A stretch of 64,000 nucleotides of DNA from a virus (Duplodnaviria > Caudoviricetes). The notes under the pieces are model-generated. The model saw nothing but the letters and a program-made list of their open reading frames with translations, ran no database searches and was not told the DNA's origin. Every line of letters starts with the position of its first letter. The first letter of the stretch is position 1. Position numbers and translations under genes: made by a program. The stretch is from the IMG/VR virus record IMGVR_UViG_3300043120_000083, positions 1 through 64,000 of that record. One strand, 5' to 3'. Shown piece by piece: positions 9,599 through 18,844 of this stretch.

Positions 9599-11437
9599 AT
9601 GAAACCAAATAAGTGGGAAACAATAATAAGCGGCGGAGTATATGCCGATAGCGATACAGGAAGCGATATCTTTGGAGACGGGTCGCCGGCCTATCCTTAT
9701 GAGACCTGCCGTAAATGTTTGGAATCAGGCACTGAAAGACCTTCTGTAATTATTATTAGAGGAAAATTCACAGAGGACTTAGCTGATGGTAATCATGTCT
9801 GTACAATAAGAGGTGATTATATGGGAGCGGCCACATTCGATGGTAACGATACGTACCTGATATATGGTTATACTCATGTAAATATGATTATTCAGAATTG
9901 CGCTCCAGGGAATTCAGAAATGAGCGTCTGGAGCGGCTCGTGGCTGTTGGCCGGTGCTGGCCGTGCTGTCTATGCTGGCTATGTTGGCTCTGCGTACCAC
10001 GTCAACGGGGTCGCTGGCTCACCTGTGATATGTCATAGAACGGGGTTGTACATGGGGGTCGCAGGCGGCATTTCCGCCGTCAAATATAATGTGTTTTCTA
10101 AGATAAAACCAAATTCAAGTTACCCGGTTTCTCTTGGTTTTCGATCTGGCAATTTAGAGCACAATACATTTTATGGTGTGCCGATTACTGACAGGAGGAA
10201 GCGCCTGACCTCTTACACTGGTATTATTTACACCTCAATATTTGGATTGTGGGACTTCTTTGCTGATGATGCAGGGATAGAGCTTAACGGATGCCTTATT
10301 ACAAGCGATTGTAAGTTCTATTACAACGGCACTGAAATACCGGTAACTGGTAGCACTTCCACAGACCGACACAATTCACTCATTGCAGGCATGGACTCAG
10401 CAGGTGTGCCTGCTGATGGCCGTATGGTTTTTGTCGATTGTATCTTTACGACTCTCACAGCAGATGAAGTCATGAACAATCCTGAAGCCGGAGACTTTAC
10501 CCCTAAAATTGACAGCCCTGCTGCCGTAGTGCCAGGGGTGTATATTGGTGCATTGCCACCGGCACTTGCTATTCCTATCAAAGATGACAGCACTGGCATT
10601 TCTGGTTCGTGGGATGAGAATACAGCTGCCGGCTGTTTGCTCATTAATGGAGATGCAATCTGCATCGATGAGCTATCGGCATCCATGGAAGGAGAAATAC
10701 TGAGTAAGGTCATTACAGTCAATCCTTCAGAAATAAATATTAACGCCCTGTTTGCTCAATTCGCAAGCAGGTTCAAAGGTTATCATGTATCTCTCAACAA
10801 TGAGGATAATGTTTCTACAGAATATTCCGAAGGTCAAGTGTTGCCACTCGGCTTTTACATTGTGAAAGGCACGATTGTTTACGATGGCCAAAATGCGGGT
10901 GACAATTCAATAGTAATGGTGAAAGTTGAAGGAACCACATTCTCTGATGCAGGTTCTGGTTCTACATTGCTGGCTATTGACGATCCTAATGTAGAGAATA
11001 TACTGTGGCTTCGGGAAACGCCGATGCCATACTTGAACATACTTGCCTCTGACGGATTAGAGGCAGGTGCCACCTATCTCAACCGTGGCAATGAGAATAT
11101 AACTTACAGATCCAGGACAATTGCTCCAGGGGAGTCATTCGTGGCAGAGAATTCAGTTGATAGCTTTACGGCTTCAGCTGGTTACAAGATAGGCGTCATG
11201 TTTGATGATAGCAGAGTGCCTTCTTCCGTTTGGATTCCTGCCCGAATGTGGGGTGAATATTTTGTATGGAAGAGCGCAGGAGTTGTTCAGTACGATGCAG
11301 ATGGATTGCCTATCAGCTCCGGCAATTATCTATCGTATCAGACAACTGCCAATGGTGGTTATTCTGACCAGATTATGAAAACAATTATGAATAAGGCATA
11401 CTTTCAGTTGAAAGTAACCGCAAAGAAATACAGATGA
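9599..11437 (+). CDS. putative tail fibre/adhesin, probable former DGR target protein
   Basis: 612 aa. N-terminal 'GSDIFGDGSPAYPYET' (DUF1565-like start); internal adenine-poor VR-like segment at 9930-10020. Confidence 0.6.
   Translation: MKPNKWETIISGGVYADSDTGSDIFGDGSPAYPYETCRKCLESGTERPSVIIIRGKFTEDLADGNHVCTIRGDYMGAATFDGNDTYLIYGYTHVNMIIQNCAPGNSEMSVWSGSWLLAGAGRAVYAGYVGSAYHVNGVAGSPVICHRTGLYMGVAGGISAVKYNVFSKIKPNSSYPVSLGFRSGNLEHNTFYGVPITDRRKRLTSYTGIIYTSIFGLWDFFADDAGIELNGCLITSDCKFYYNGTEIPVTGSTSTDRHNSLIAGMDSAGVPADGRMVFVDCIFTTLTADEVMNNPEAGDFTPKIDSPAAVVPGVYIGALPPALAIPIKDDSTGISGSWDENTAAGCLLINGDAICIDELSASMEGEILSKVITVNPSEININALFAQFASRFKGYHVSLNNEDNVSTEYSEGQVLPLGFYIVKGTIVYDGQNAGDNSIVMVKVEGTTFSDAGSGSTLLAIDDPNVENILWLRETPMPYLNILASDGLEAGATYLNRGNENITYRSRTIAPGESFVAENSVDSFTASAGYKIGVMFDDSRVPSSVWIPARMWGEYFVWKSAGVVQYDADGLPISSGNYLSYQTTANGGYSDQIMKTIMNKAYFQLKVTAKKYR
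9930..10020 (+). repeat. DGR variable-region (VR)-like segment
   Basis: Only 7 A in 9931-10020; constant codons are A-free (GCT, GGC, CGT, GTT, GTC). The 5' 35 nt match 11656-11690 with mismatches mostly opposite adenines. Confidence 0.7.
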
Positions 11438-11637
11438 TACAGCTAATAACAGCCATGAGCGTTGGAGCTCGTGAAAGATATATTCCTGATAAATCCGCAA
11501 TATTAATTCAATCCACCTCCGCAGGTGCTTTGGATAAGCGAAAAATAAAAGGGCCGCCTTGCCTGATTAGTGCCATGAGTGTTGGCATCGCCAGCGAAGT
11601 GGACATCAAGCCGGCGCGGATTATCAGAGTGAAATAA
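11434..11637 (+). CDS. small protein with three internal repeats (LIxAMSVG)
   Basis: LITAMSVG / LIQSTSAG / LISAMSVG; ATGA overlap with the upstream gene. Confidence 0.55.
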   Translation: MIQLITAMSVGARERYIPDKSAILIQSTSAGALDKRKIKGPPCLISAMSVGIASEVDIKPARIIRVK

Positions 11638-11655
11638 TATTTCAGGTGGCATATC

Positions 11656-11690
11656 AAAGCGGCTCGAGGCTGATGGCTGGTGCTGGTAGT
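11656..11690 (+). repeat. truncated DGR template repeat (TR) remnant
   Basis: Intergenic. 28/35 identical to 9930-9964; 5 of its 6 adenines differ in the coding copy, against 2 of 29 non-A positions. Confidence 0.65.
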
Positions 11691-11748
11691 CTCTAAAATG
11701 TAGAATCATATAATATTTAACTAACAATAAGGGCCACTTTAATAAGTT

Positions 11749-11874
11749 ATGAATTGTGAGAAAAACGCAAGCGATATTCGAGATTTAAAAAAGAAAGTAT
11801 TCGGAAATGGTCGAAAGGGACTTGATGATAGAATGACAATAATAGAGGAGATATGCAAACAACAGACTTTTTAA
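11749..11874 (+). CDS. short ORF (41 aa, MNCEKNASDIRDLKKKVFGNGRKGLDDRMTIIEE...), possibly truncated
   Basis: Read manually. 'FGNGxxGLxxRxxxxE' resembles small phage membrane proteins near lysis genes, but no TM helix follows. Confidence 0.35.
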   Translation: MNCEKNASDIRDLKKKVFGNGRKGLDDRMTIIEEICKQQTF

Positions 11875-12263
11875 TATTCATAGGACTAAAGCTATTACTA
11901 ATAGCAGTAATATTCAGTAAGGCATGGCATGATGTGAAAGGTAATAAAACGCAGCTTGATCATATCGTAACAGTATTACCAGAATTTATGATGATAGCAT
12001 TGCCGATATATTTTAGTTACTTCAGCTATAATTCACCAGTAATACAAGATGTGTGGATGTTATTACCTTCATATATTTTATTAAGACATGCTTTCTTTGA
12101 TGTGTTTCACAATAAGTTGGCTGGTCAAAGTTGGGATTATTTAGGTAATAATAATTGGGAGGATAAAATTAAGAGACGGATGTTGAGGATTGAAAAAGAA
12201 AATAAATTTCCTTTACTGACTTTAAGTAGATTTGTAGCAGGATTTTTAGGTGTAATGATGTAA
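11853..12263 (+). CDS. membrane protein (lysis region)
   Basis: 136 aa with several hydrophobic helices. Confidence 0.55.
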   Translation: MQTTDFLIFIGLKLLLIAVIFSKAWHDVKGNKTQLDHIVTVLPEFMMIALPIYFSYFSYNSPVIQDVWMLLPSYILLRHAFFDVFHNKLAGQSWDYLGNNNWEDKIKRRMLRIEKENKFPLLTLSRFVAGFLGVMM

Positions 12264-12273
12264 ATAAAAAGAT

Positions 12274-12879
12274 ATGAAAAAAGAAGATTTTTTAATATTA
12301 TGGGACAATGGACACGGCAATAATACTCCCGGTAAACGCTCACCTAAATGGAAAGACCAAAAACAACTATTGGAGTGGGAATGGACGAGAGAATTAGCTA
12401 AGTATTGCACCATAAAAGCAGAAGAAAAAGGAATATCCTCTAAAATATTAGTTCCTGAAGATTATGATGTCTCCCTAACCGAAAGATGCAGAAGAGAACA
12501 TAGAGAATTTAAAAATAATAACAATACGATATTTGTATCTTTACATGGTAATGCTTTTGGGGCGAATAATGTAAAAGGCTTTGAGGTGTTCACTTCACCG
12601 GGGATTACTGATTCTGATAAAGTGGCAAGAGAAATACTTTTAAGGTGTGAAAAAACAGGTTTTTTTAATATGCGTTACAATAATTCTCATGCTTACCTTA
12701 ATAAAGAAGCAAGATTTAGTGTACTTACAGGAACAAAAGGTAAGGCAGTATTGGTAGAGGCAGGGTTTTATACAAATAAAGAAGAAGCAGCATTTATGCA
12801 ATCAATAGAAGGTTTAAATTTAATATCTTCTATTATCGTTGAAGGAATAGAAAATTATATACAAGGAGAGATGAAATGA
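12274..12879 (+). CDS. endolysin, N-acetylmuramoyl-L-alanine amidase (Amidase_3)
   Basis: Motifs 'DNGHG..TPGKRSP', 'EWEW', 'VSLHGNA', 'AVLVEAGFYTN'. Confidence 0.92.
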   Translation: MKKEDFLILWDNGHGNNTPGKRSPKWKDQKQLLEWEWTRELAKYCTIKAEEKGISSKILVPEDYDVSLTERCRREHREFKNNNNTIFVSLHGNAFGANNVKGFEVFTSPGITDSDKVAREILLRCEKTGFFNMRYNNSHAYLNKEARFSVLTGTKGKAVLVEAGFYTNKEEAAFMQSIEGLNLISSIIVEGIENYIQGEMK

Positions 12880-13076
12880 CAAAGTTTTATTTAAGAATAA
12901 CAGCCAGTAAATTATTAGCTTACCTGATAGCTTTATGTAGTGGAATTTATGGTATATCAAGTAAAGACGGGGCTAACATGATGGTTGGTTTTGGTATTGC
13001 AGCTGGATTGTTCGCTAACAAACAATACCAAGACAGGAAAGAGGTTTTAAATAATAAAAAAGAAAGTAATGAATAA
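12876..13076 (+). CDS. putative holin
   Basis: 66 aa, two TM helices, charged C-terminus, next to the endolysin. Confidence 0.55.
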   Translation: MTKFYLRITASKLLAYLIALCSGIYGISSKDGANMMVGFGIAAGLFANKQYQDRKEVLNNKKESNE

Positions 13077-13623
13077 ATATTTTATTATAGCATTTTTAGC
13101 ATTATTGGGAATTGTTTCTGTTCAGACTTGTCAATTAAAAAAGGCAGGAGAAAAGATAGATAGAATCTCCACTAATTTTGAAGAGGTTCAGCAATCAAAT
13201 AAGAACCTCTCGTTGTCTTTAAAGGAGTTTAAAGGGTATATGTCAGAAAGAACAGATTCCATCCTAAAAACAGCTAAAATCAAACCAAAATGGGTAAAGG
13301 AATATACCACTATTGAAAACCATTATTATGATACCGTGAAAGTAGAAGTTCCTGTTGAACAGGTTGACACTTTTGATTATAGGTTTTTAGATAAAGGAGA
13401 ATGTATATCGGTAGGAGGTGTGGTTAATATTAAAGACTCAATCCCTAAAGTAACAATAGACCACAGGGAATTTACAGACAGCTTAGATTTGATTAAGTAT
13501 GTGAAGCCAAATAAATGGTGGTTCATACGTTCAGGGTTTTTATTCGGAAAAGATGAAAAGTTTGAGATACACGGTAATTGCGGAACGTATGAATATGAAA
13601 AAATAAAAGTAATTAAAGAATAA
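13069..13623 (+). CDS. putative spanin-like lysis protein
   Basis: N-terminal TM/signal ending in Cys, followed by coiled coil; last gene of the lysis cassette. Confidence 0.45.
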   Translation: MNKYFIIAFLALLGIVSVQTCQLKKAGEKIDRISTNFEEVQQSNKNLSLSLKEFKGYMSERTDSILKTAKIKPKWVKEYTTIENHYYDTVKVEVPVEQVDTFDYRFLDKGECISVGGVVNIKDSIPKVTIDHREFTDSLDLIKYVKPNKWWFIRSGFLFGKDEKFEIHGNCGTYEYEKIKVIKE

Positions 13624-13677
13624 TTTTCAAATCACATATAATTTTTATATTTTTAAGGCTGAATTTAAAGGTGATTA

Positions 13678-16254
13678 ATGGCGATAATTGAGAACATAGC
13701 AAGCGAAATAGGGGATGTAATTAGGATTAAAACAGAAGTTCCTGTTGTGGGGCTTCTGTTTCTTGACACATTTACAGATTCTACCGAAGGAGAAAGCCCA
13801 ACAGCTTATTTTAATAAAGAATTTCGGTACTCAAACGATGCAGGATTAAATTTTACTGCATGGCAACAGTTGAATTTACTTAATATTCAAGACGTTGTTG
13901 TTGAGAAAAGAGATCAGTTTGTACTTGAATATCGTTATGAAGTTGTTGGTTCAGAAACAGACCCGGAATTAAGATTTAATTCAATAACAGTTTCTGGAGA
14001 CTTTGAGAATTTGGATTATCCTATTTATGATTCAACGGTTTTCAATCAGTTTTTTGATGTAAATGATATAAATGTTCTTAATTGGGCAATAAATGTTCTT
14101 GAAAAATTATACAGAGGTGGGATTTTACCTGAATACATAAAGAGGGGAGAATCTGTAGATAATAATGCCGCAGATAAAGACTTTATTAGTTATTGGAATA
14201 CGATTACTCACTTTTTCGCATTAATTGTTTATTTTTTCCGTCAGTTTGAAAATATAACAGGACAAAAACAACTTCTTAAAAGTTTTCTTTCTAATAAAGA
14301 TTTGGCTTTACCAACTGATGACAATCTTTCTGAGTTAAGCTACATTTTATATAATTACATTGATGAATACAGAAAAAGAGGAACAGAAAGGATAATTTTT
14401 AAAGAAGGAGAAAATGGGGAAGGTATAGATGGAGAATTTTTACGGTTAATTAATTGGAGAGAACATGATGAAATGTTGTTTGCTCTTGCTAATAATAGTG
14501 AAACAGGATGGTGTTTGGGCGAAAGCTCCCCTATGTGGAGTGGAACAGAAAAGATTGTAAATCTAACTAAGGCATTTGAATTTACAGAAGATGTTCAGGA
14601 TTTGAGTAAATATCCATTGATAGATGAAAGTAGAACATCAATAGTCTATGATTCTGTTATAGATAAGAATGTTTTAAAATTTCCACTTGGTACGGGTCTT
14701 GGTATAAATGTTGGTATTGGGGTTATTAATCCAGTATCTATAGATCAGTTAATAAGAGTTGGGGAAGGGATAGATTATGAGATTTCTTTTTTTATTAAGA
14801 AAAATCTAACAAATCAGCCAGAAAATTTGTCTTTTAAGGTTATAGGCTACACAGAGGGAATGCAAAGAGTTGATAGTTTAACTCTTGATGAATTAGAGGT
14901 AAACTCATTTATAGATAGCAATATTGATGAAATTTTATTAAATAGGGATATTTATTATTACATTAGGGGTGTATTATTTAATTACGATAAAGAATATCAA
15001 TCATTAAAGTTAAATTTTAGAGGGGGGAGACCTTTAAAATTACAACCAACAACTAAATATATTGATGTACAGATTTATTTTCCATCTTCAATTACTCTTG
15101 ACGAAGAAGCTTCTATGTATATTTATGATTTAAAAGTTAAACCATTGAATTTACCAATGACACAGGGGTTATTGGGAACTAAAAATATTATTTTTTCATA
15201 TATAAATAATAGAGGTAGATTTAATAATAATATTTTAGAAAAATTCGTTCAAGATAAATTAATTCCTTACAATAGTTGGATTAAGCCGTATTACTGGGAA
15301 GATAGTGGATTGTTACCTTCAGTTAGACAAAATATAACTTTTAATGTGATAGATACAGGAGGTAATTCTGTTGAAAATGTTAAGATAACAATATTAGATA
15401 AAGATTATTTTACTAACAATATAGGAACAGTTGTTGTTTTGTTATATAATGGAACGTATAATTTTTCTGCAAGTAAGGATAATTTTGATGTTTATTCTGG
15501 AAGTTTCCAAGTTAATGATTCTCCATTAACTATTAATATTACTTTACAGGAAGAAAATTTATACACTACTGGAACTTTGTATAACGGATATACTCTATTA
15601 GAAGCAGAATCACATAATGGTTTTATTCAAGGAATGAATATACCAACACCTTCACAAACTAAAGAATTAGAAAATTATCTTATTGATAATTTCCCTACAA
15701 TAGAAGATATTGAAGGTACTCCTTATAATAACGTTGGGGCATATTTAAAATCAACAAGAAAATATCCAGACCCCTCTCCAAGATGGGTTAGTGATAGTGT
15801 AGATTTCGGTGAAGATATGTTTAGATTTTCAGCTTTACCTTCTGGCTATTCAGATTCTATTGGCAGGGTGTCTGAAATAGGGTATAGATTTTATTTTTGG
15901 GCATTTGAAAATAATTTTGGTTATAAACAATATATTGAAGAAAATGGTCACTTTAGGACATATTGGCCAGAAACTACAGATGCATTAACTGAACATTTTG
16001 GTTATTCGTTAAGATTAGTTAGAGATTTAACCGCCAACGAAATTAATGATTTTTTAGATGGGGATATTATAGAAGTTTTGTCTGATTATGATGGGAATAA
16101 ATATGAGATAGTAAAAATAGGAAATCAGGGTTGGACAAAACAAGATATTGGGACTTTACATTATTTAGACGGAACATCAATAAAACATTACAACATTTCG
16201 CAATATTGGGGGGATTATGATGCACCAGCTTTAAAAAATAATAATCCTACATAA
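13678..16254 (+). CDS. baseplate/tail protein with Ig/PEGA-like domain and C-terminal permuted Fib_succ_major domain
   Basis: 858 aa. 'GTYNFSASKDNFD' Ig-like segment, then GTLYN, FSALPSG, GYSLRLVRD, DYDGNKY..IGNQGW. Confidence 0.6.
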   Translation: MAIIENIASEIGDVIRIKTEVPVVGLLFLDTFTDSTEGESPTAYFNKEFRYSNDAGLNFTAWQQLNLLNIQDVVVEKRDQFVLEYRYEVVGSETDPELRFNSITVSGDFENLDYPIYDSTVFNQFFDVNDINVLNWAINVLEKLYRGGILPEYIKRGESVDNNAADKDFISYWNTITHFFALIVYFFRQFENITGQKQLLKSFLSNKDLALPTDDNLSELSYILYNYIDEYRKRGTERIIFKEGENGEGIDGEFLRLINWREHDEMLFALANNSETGWCLGESSPMWSGTEKIVNLTKAFEFTEDVQDLSKYPLIDESRTSIVYDSVIDKNVLKFPLGTGLGINVGIGVINPVSIDQLIRVGEGIDYEISFFIKKNLTNQPENLSFKVIGYTEGMQRVDSLTLDELEVNSFIDSNIDEILLNRDIYYYIRGVLFNYDKEYQSLKLNFRGGRPLKLQPTTKYIDVQIYFPSSITLDEEASMYIYDLKVKPLNLPMTQGLLGTKNIIFSYINNRGRFNNNILEKFVQDKLIPYNSWIKPYYWEDSGLLPSVRQNITFNVIDTGGNSVENVKITILDKDYFTNNIGTVVVLLYNGTYNFSASKDNFDVYSGSFQVNDSPLTINITLQEENLYTTGTLYNGYTLLEAESHNGFIQGMNIPTPSQTKELENYLIDNFPTIEDIEGTPYNNVGAYLKSTRKYPDPSPRWVSDSVDFGEDMFRFSALPSGYSDSIGRVSEIGYRFYFWAFENNFGYKQYIEENGHFRTYWPETTDALTEHFGYSLRLVRDLTANEINDFLDGDIIEVLSDYDGNKYEIVKIGNQGWTKQDIGTLHYLDGTSIKHYNISQYWGDYDAPALKNNNPT

Positions 16255-16263
16255 AATAAAAAT

Positions 16264-17706
16264 ATGAGTAAACTAAATATAAACAGAAAACTTTTTCTTG
16301 AACAGGAAGAACTTGTAAAATTTCAAGAATTTATTGCGGACTCTCCTTCTGAGAATGCAATAATTGGAAATACAAACTCTTGGGGGATACTTAGAACTGA
16401 TTTCACTTCTGATACAGATTTCAAAGTAGAATTAGGTTCTAACGCAGGAACTATTAAGATAGCTAAAGCAGAAAATAAAGCATTGACTGCTGAAGGTAAT
16501 AGGATTTTACAAAAGGCTGTAGATAATATTCAAATAACCAATGATGATTCTTGGTATTGGGTAAGAATTTCTCATGAATTTAGCAATCAAGAACCCGGAA
16601 CAGTAGATATTAATATAAACGGAGAAGTTAGTGGGGATGGCACTCAATTTATATCAGTATTAAGAGGGCAAGCAACAAAAGTTCCCACAAAAGTAAGGTT
16701 TGTAAAGCAAGATGGAAGTCCTGCAAACAATAGTGCTTTTTATGAAGTTGTAGATGTTATTGACAACCAAAACTGCATTTTATCTTCAGCTGTAGATTTT
16801 TCAGCAGAGTCGGATTTGAAAATGGTGGTTTTAGGAACAACCCCTATTGGAGAAGCACTTTCTGCATCACAAGAAGAAGGGTTATATAAATACGATAGCT
16901 GTAAACTTGAGTTAGTTCCTGAAGTTGTAACGGACACTCCTCCAACAAACGGTTATACAGAAGATTTGACCTTCTATATAGCAAGGGTTAAGAACAATGG
17001 AGGTGTGGTCACGATTGAAGACAAAAGGACGGATTGGTGGGAATTTAATATCGTAGGGCTTACTGACAAATTAAGCACATTTAATAATCTTTCAGACCTG
17101 AATGACCCGGATGCAGCATTGGAAAATTTAGGGCTGAGTACCGCTGGAGTAAATATTGCTAAATTAGATGTTTTAACAGAAAATGGATATTTGAGGATAA
17201 ATCCAGACGGAACTGTAAGTTTGTTAACTGGAACAGGTTTTGTCTCAAGTTTAAATACAGCACTTTCTGACATATTTTTAAAGAAAAGTAATAACCTTAA
17301 TGACTTAAATGATAAGCCTGCTGCAAGGAGTAATTTGGATGTTTATGGGAAGTCAGAAGTGTATCAAAAATCAGACCCTATATTTCAATCCGTTGTGGAA
17401 ATAATTGATGATGTGTCTGGAAATTCTGATTTAGACTCACCTACGAAAATAGTATTTTCCCAGTACGGTAATTTGGTGGTTGTTACCGGAGAAGTGTGGT
17501 TCTCTTCATTAGCAGGAGGAACAATTTTAAATATTCCAACTTCTATAGGTAACCCCGTGGATATAAATTTTGCAGTTGCTGGAGAATCGTCAGGGGGGAA
17601 CGCTCTTCTTTATTTTAACCCTGATGGAACAATAGTATTGGTTAATGCCCCATCACCAACATCAAGGCATCACCTTAATATGTCTTATATTACTGACACT
17701 TTTTAA
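16264..17706 (+). CDS. tail fibre protein
   Basis: Fibre repeats 'NNLSDLNDPDAALENLGL' and 'NNLNDLNDKPAARSNLDV'; C-terminal 'QYGNLVVVTG' tip domain. Confidence 0.75.
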   Translation: MSKLNINRKLFLEQEELVKFQEFIADSPSENAIIGNTNSWGILRTDFTSDTDFKVELGSNAGTIKIAKAENKALTAEGNRILQKAVDNIQITNDDSWYWVRISHEFSNQEPGTVDININGEVSGDGTQFISVLRGQATKVPTKVRFVKQDGSPANNSAFYEVVDVIDNQNCILSSAVDFSAESDLKMVVLGTTPIGEALSASQEEGLYKYDSCKLELVPEVVTDTPPTNGYTEDLTFYIARVKNNGGVVTIEDKRTDWWEFNIVGLTDKLSTFNNLSDLNDPDAALENLGLSTAGVNIAKLDVLTENGYLRINPDGTVSLLTGTGFVSSLNTALSDIFLKKSNNLNDLNDKPAARSNLDVYGKSEVYQKSDPIFQSVVEIIDDVSGNSDLDSPTKIVFSQYGNLVVVTGEVWFSSLAGGTILNIPTSIGNPVDINFAVAGESSGGNALLYFNPDGTIVLVNAPSPTSRHHLNMSYITDTF

Positions 17707-17717
17707 CAATTATTTAT

Positions 17718-18272
17718 ATGCAATTATACTACACAACTTCAGCAGGAGAAGACGAAGAGCAATTATTACCTCAAGCAAGTCTTGGAGGTTTTAAATCTTC
17801 AACAGGGTTTAGAAACGATGATTTTGATAACTTGTTTGGAGAAATAAGTACTCTAACTTTAAAACAAAATAGAGATCACTATATAGGATTAATGTTAGTA
17901 AACGAAGAACAAACAGACAAGACTAACGTACAGATATGGATAGAAAAACCCGAAACTTCTATTTGTGACTTTCAAATAGCAGCTGTTGACCCAGCTATGA
18001 AAGACGGGGTTTATCAGATAGAAAGAACAAGAGAGATTTACAACCGTCCAGTTTATGCTAACTTTGTTACTGCTGACGGATTAAATAAAGCACAAATTGG
18101 TACATTAACAGCAGGAAGTTATTTGGGATTGTGGTTTAAACGTTCCCTAACCGAAGAAGCAGTAAGTGGAAATGAAGAGTTTTATGAAGAAGACCCTGAT
18201 AGGAATAAAATGTACAGAGAAAAAGCAAAATCTCTATTAGAGGAAGTTAAGATTCAAATTTCATGGGATTAA
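17718..18272 (+). CDS. tail-associated structural protein
   Basis: 'SLGGF.SS..NLFGEIS..GLWFKR' pattern seen in phage tail modules; last gene before a terminator. Confidence 0.5.
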   Translation: MQLYYTTSAGEDEEQLLPQASLGGFKSSTGFRNDDFDNLFGEISTLTLKQNRDHYIGLMLVNEEQTDKTNVQIWIEKPETSICDFQIAAVDPAMKDGVYQIERTREIYNRPVYANFVTADGLNKAQIGTLTAGSYLGLWFKRSLTEEAVSGNEEFYEEDPDRNKMYREKAKSLLEEVKIQISWD

Positions 18273-18279
18273 AAAGTTT

Positions 18280-18303
18280 GGGAGATTTTCTCCCTTTCTT
18301 TTT
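18280..18303 (+). terminator. intrinsic terminator ending the structural operon
   Basis: GGGAGA-ttt-TCTCCC followed by TTTCTTTTT. Confidence 0.7.
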
Positions 18304-18311
18304 ATGTAAAT

Positions 18312-18333
18312 ACATATAAAAGTTATATGTTTG
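18312..18333 (+). promoter_or_regulatory. conserved promoter motif ACATATAAAAGTTATATGTTTG (copy 1)
   Basis: Identical to copies at 31223 and 48223; ends in the Bacteroidota -7 element TAnnTTTG. Confidence 0.75.
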
Positions 18334-18337
18334 CGAT

Positions 18338-18844
18338 GTGAAAAAATTAGAAGAATACATATCAGAAACTTACGAATACCTATTCCAGAGAACTTCTGGA
18401 AACCCAATGTTTAAATTCAGACTTACTCAAAGTACAAGTAAGAATCTTGAAAATTTTTTAAACAGAATGCCCGAAGGGGCAGGAGAAGAATGGGTATTTG
18501 ATTTTCTATTGTTTCAATTTAGCCGTTACCATGATAAGAAAACAAAGATGGGGAAAGGGGTTGTTCCTTTCAGTTGGCTTGTAGGGAAGAAAGCATTTGA
18601 AACATGGAATAACCGAACAGAACAACAAGTGTGGTACAGTCACAAGTTCAAACTTGACTACGGGATTAAAAAGGAAGTTGATTATGAGATAAACCTATCT
18701 AACAATTACAAAGATTCAATACGTAAAAGGTTTCTAAATACAGATAGAGGTTTTGTGTTCTGTAAGGAGAATTTTTTGAAGAGAGAAAAGGGGAATAGGT
18801 ATTGTTTAAAGTGTAAATTCAAAAATATTTGTAATGAGGTATGA
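18338..18844 (+). CDS. hypothetical protein with C-terminal Cys cluster
   Basis: 168 aa, GTG start, C..CxxC....C. Confidence 0.6.
   Translation: MKKLEEYISETYEYLFQRTSGNPMFKFRLTQSTSKNLENFLNRMPEGAGEEWVFDFLLFQFSRYHDKKTKMGKGVVPFSWLVGKKAFETWNNRTEQQVWYSHKFKLDYGIKKEVDYEINLSNNYKDSIRKRFLNTDRGFVFCKENFLKREKGNRYCLKCKFKNICNEV

Noticed and set aside
9599-11750. Active, complete DGR
   Set aside because: No reverse transcriptase ORF in the window, and the TR match stops after 35 nt. Reported only as a relic.
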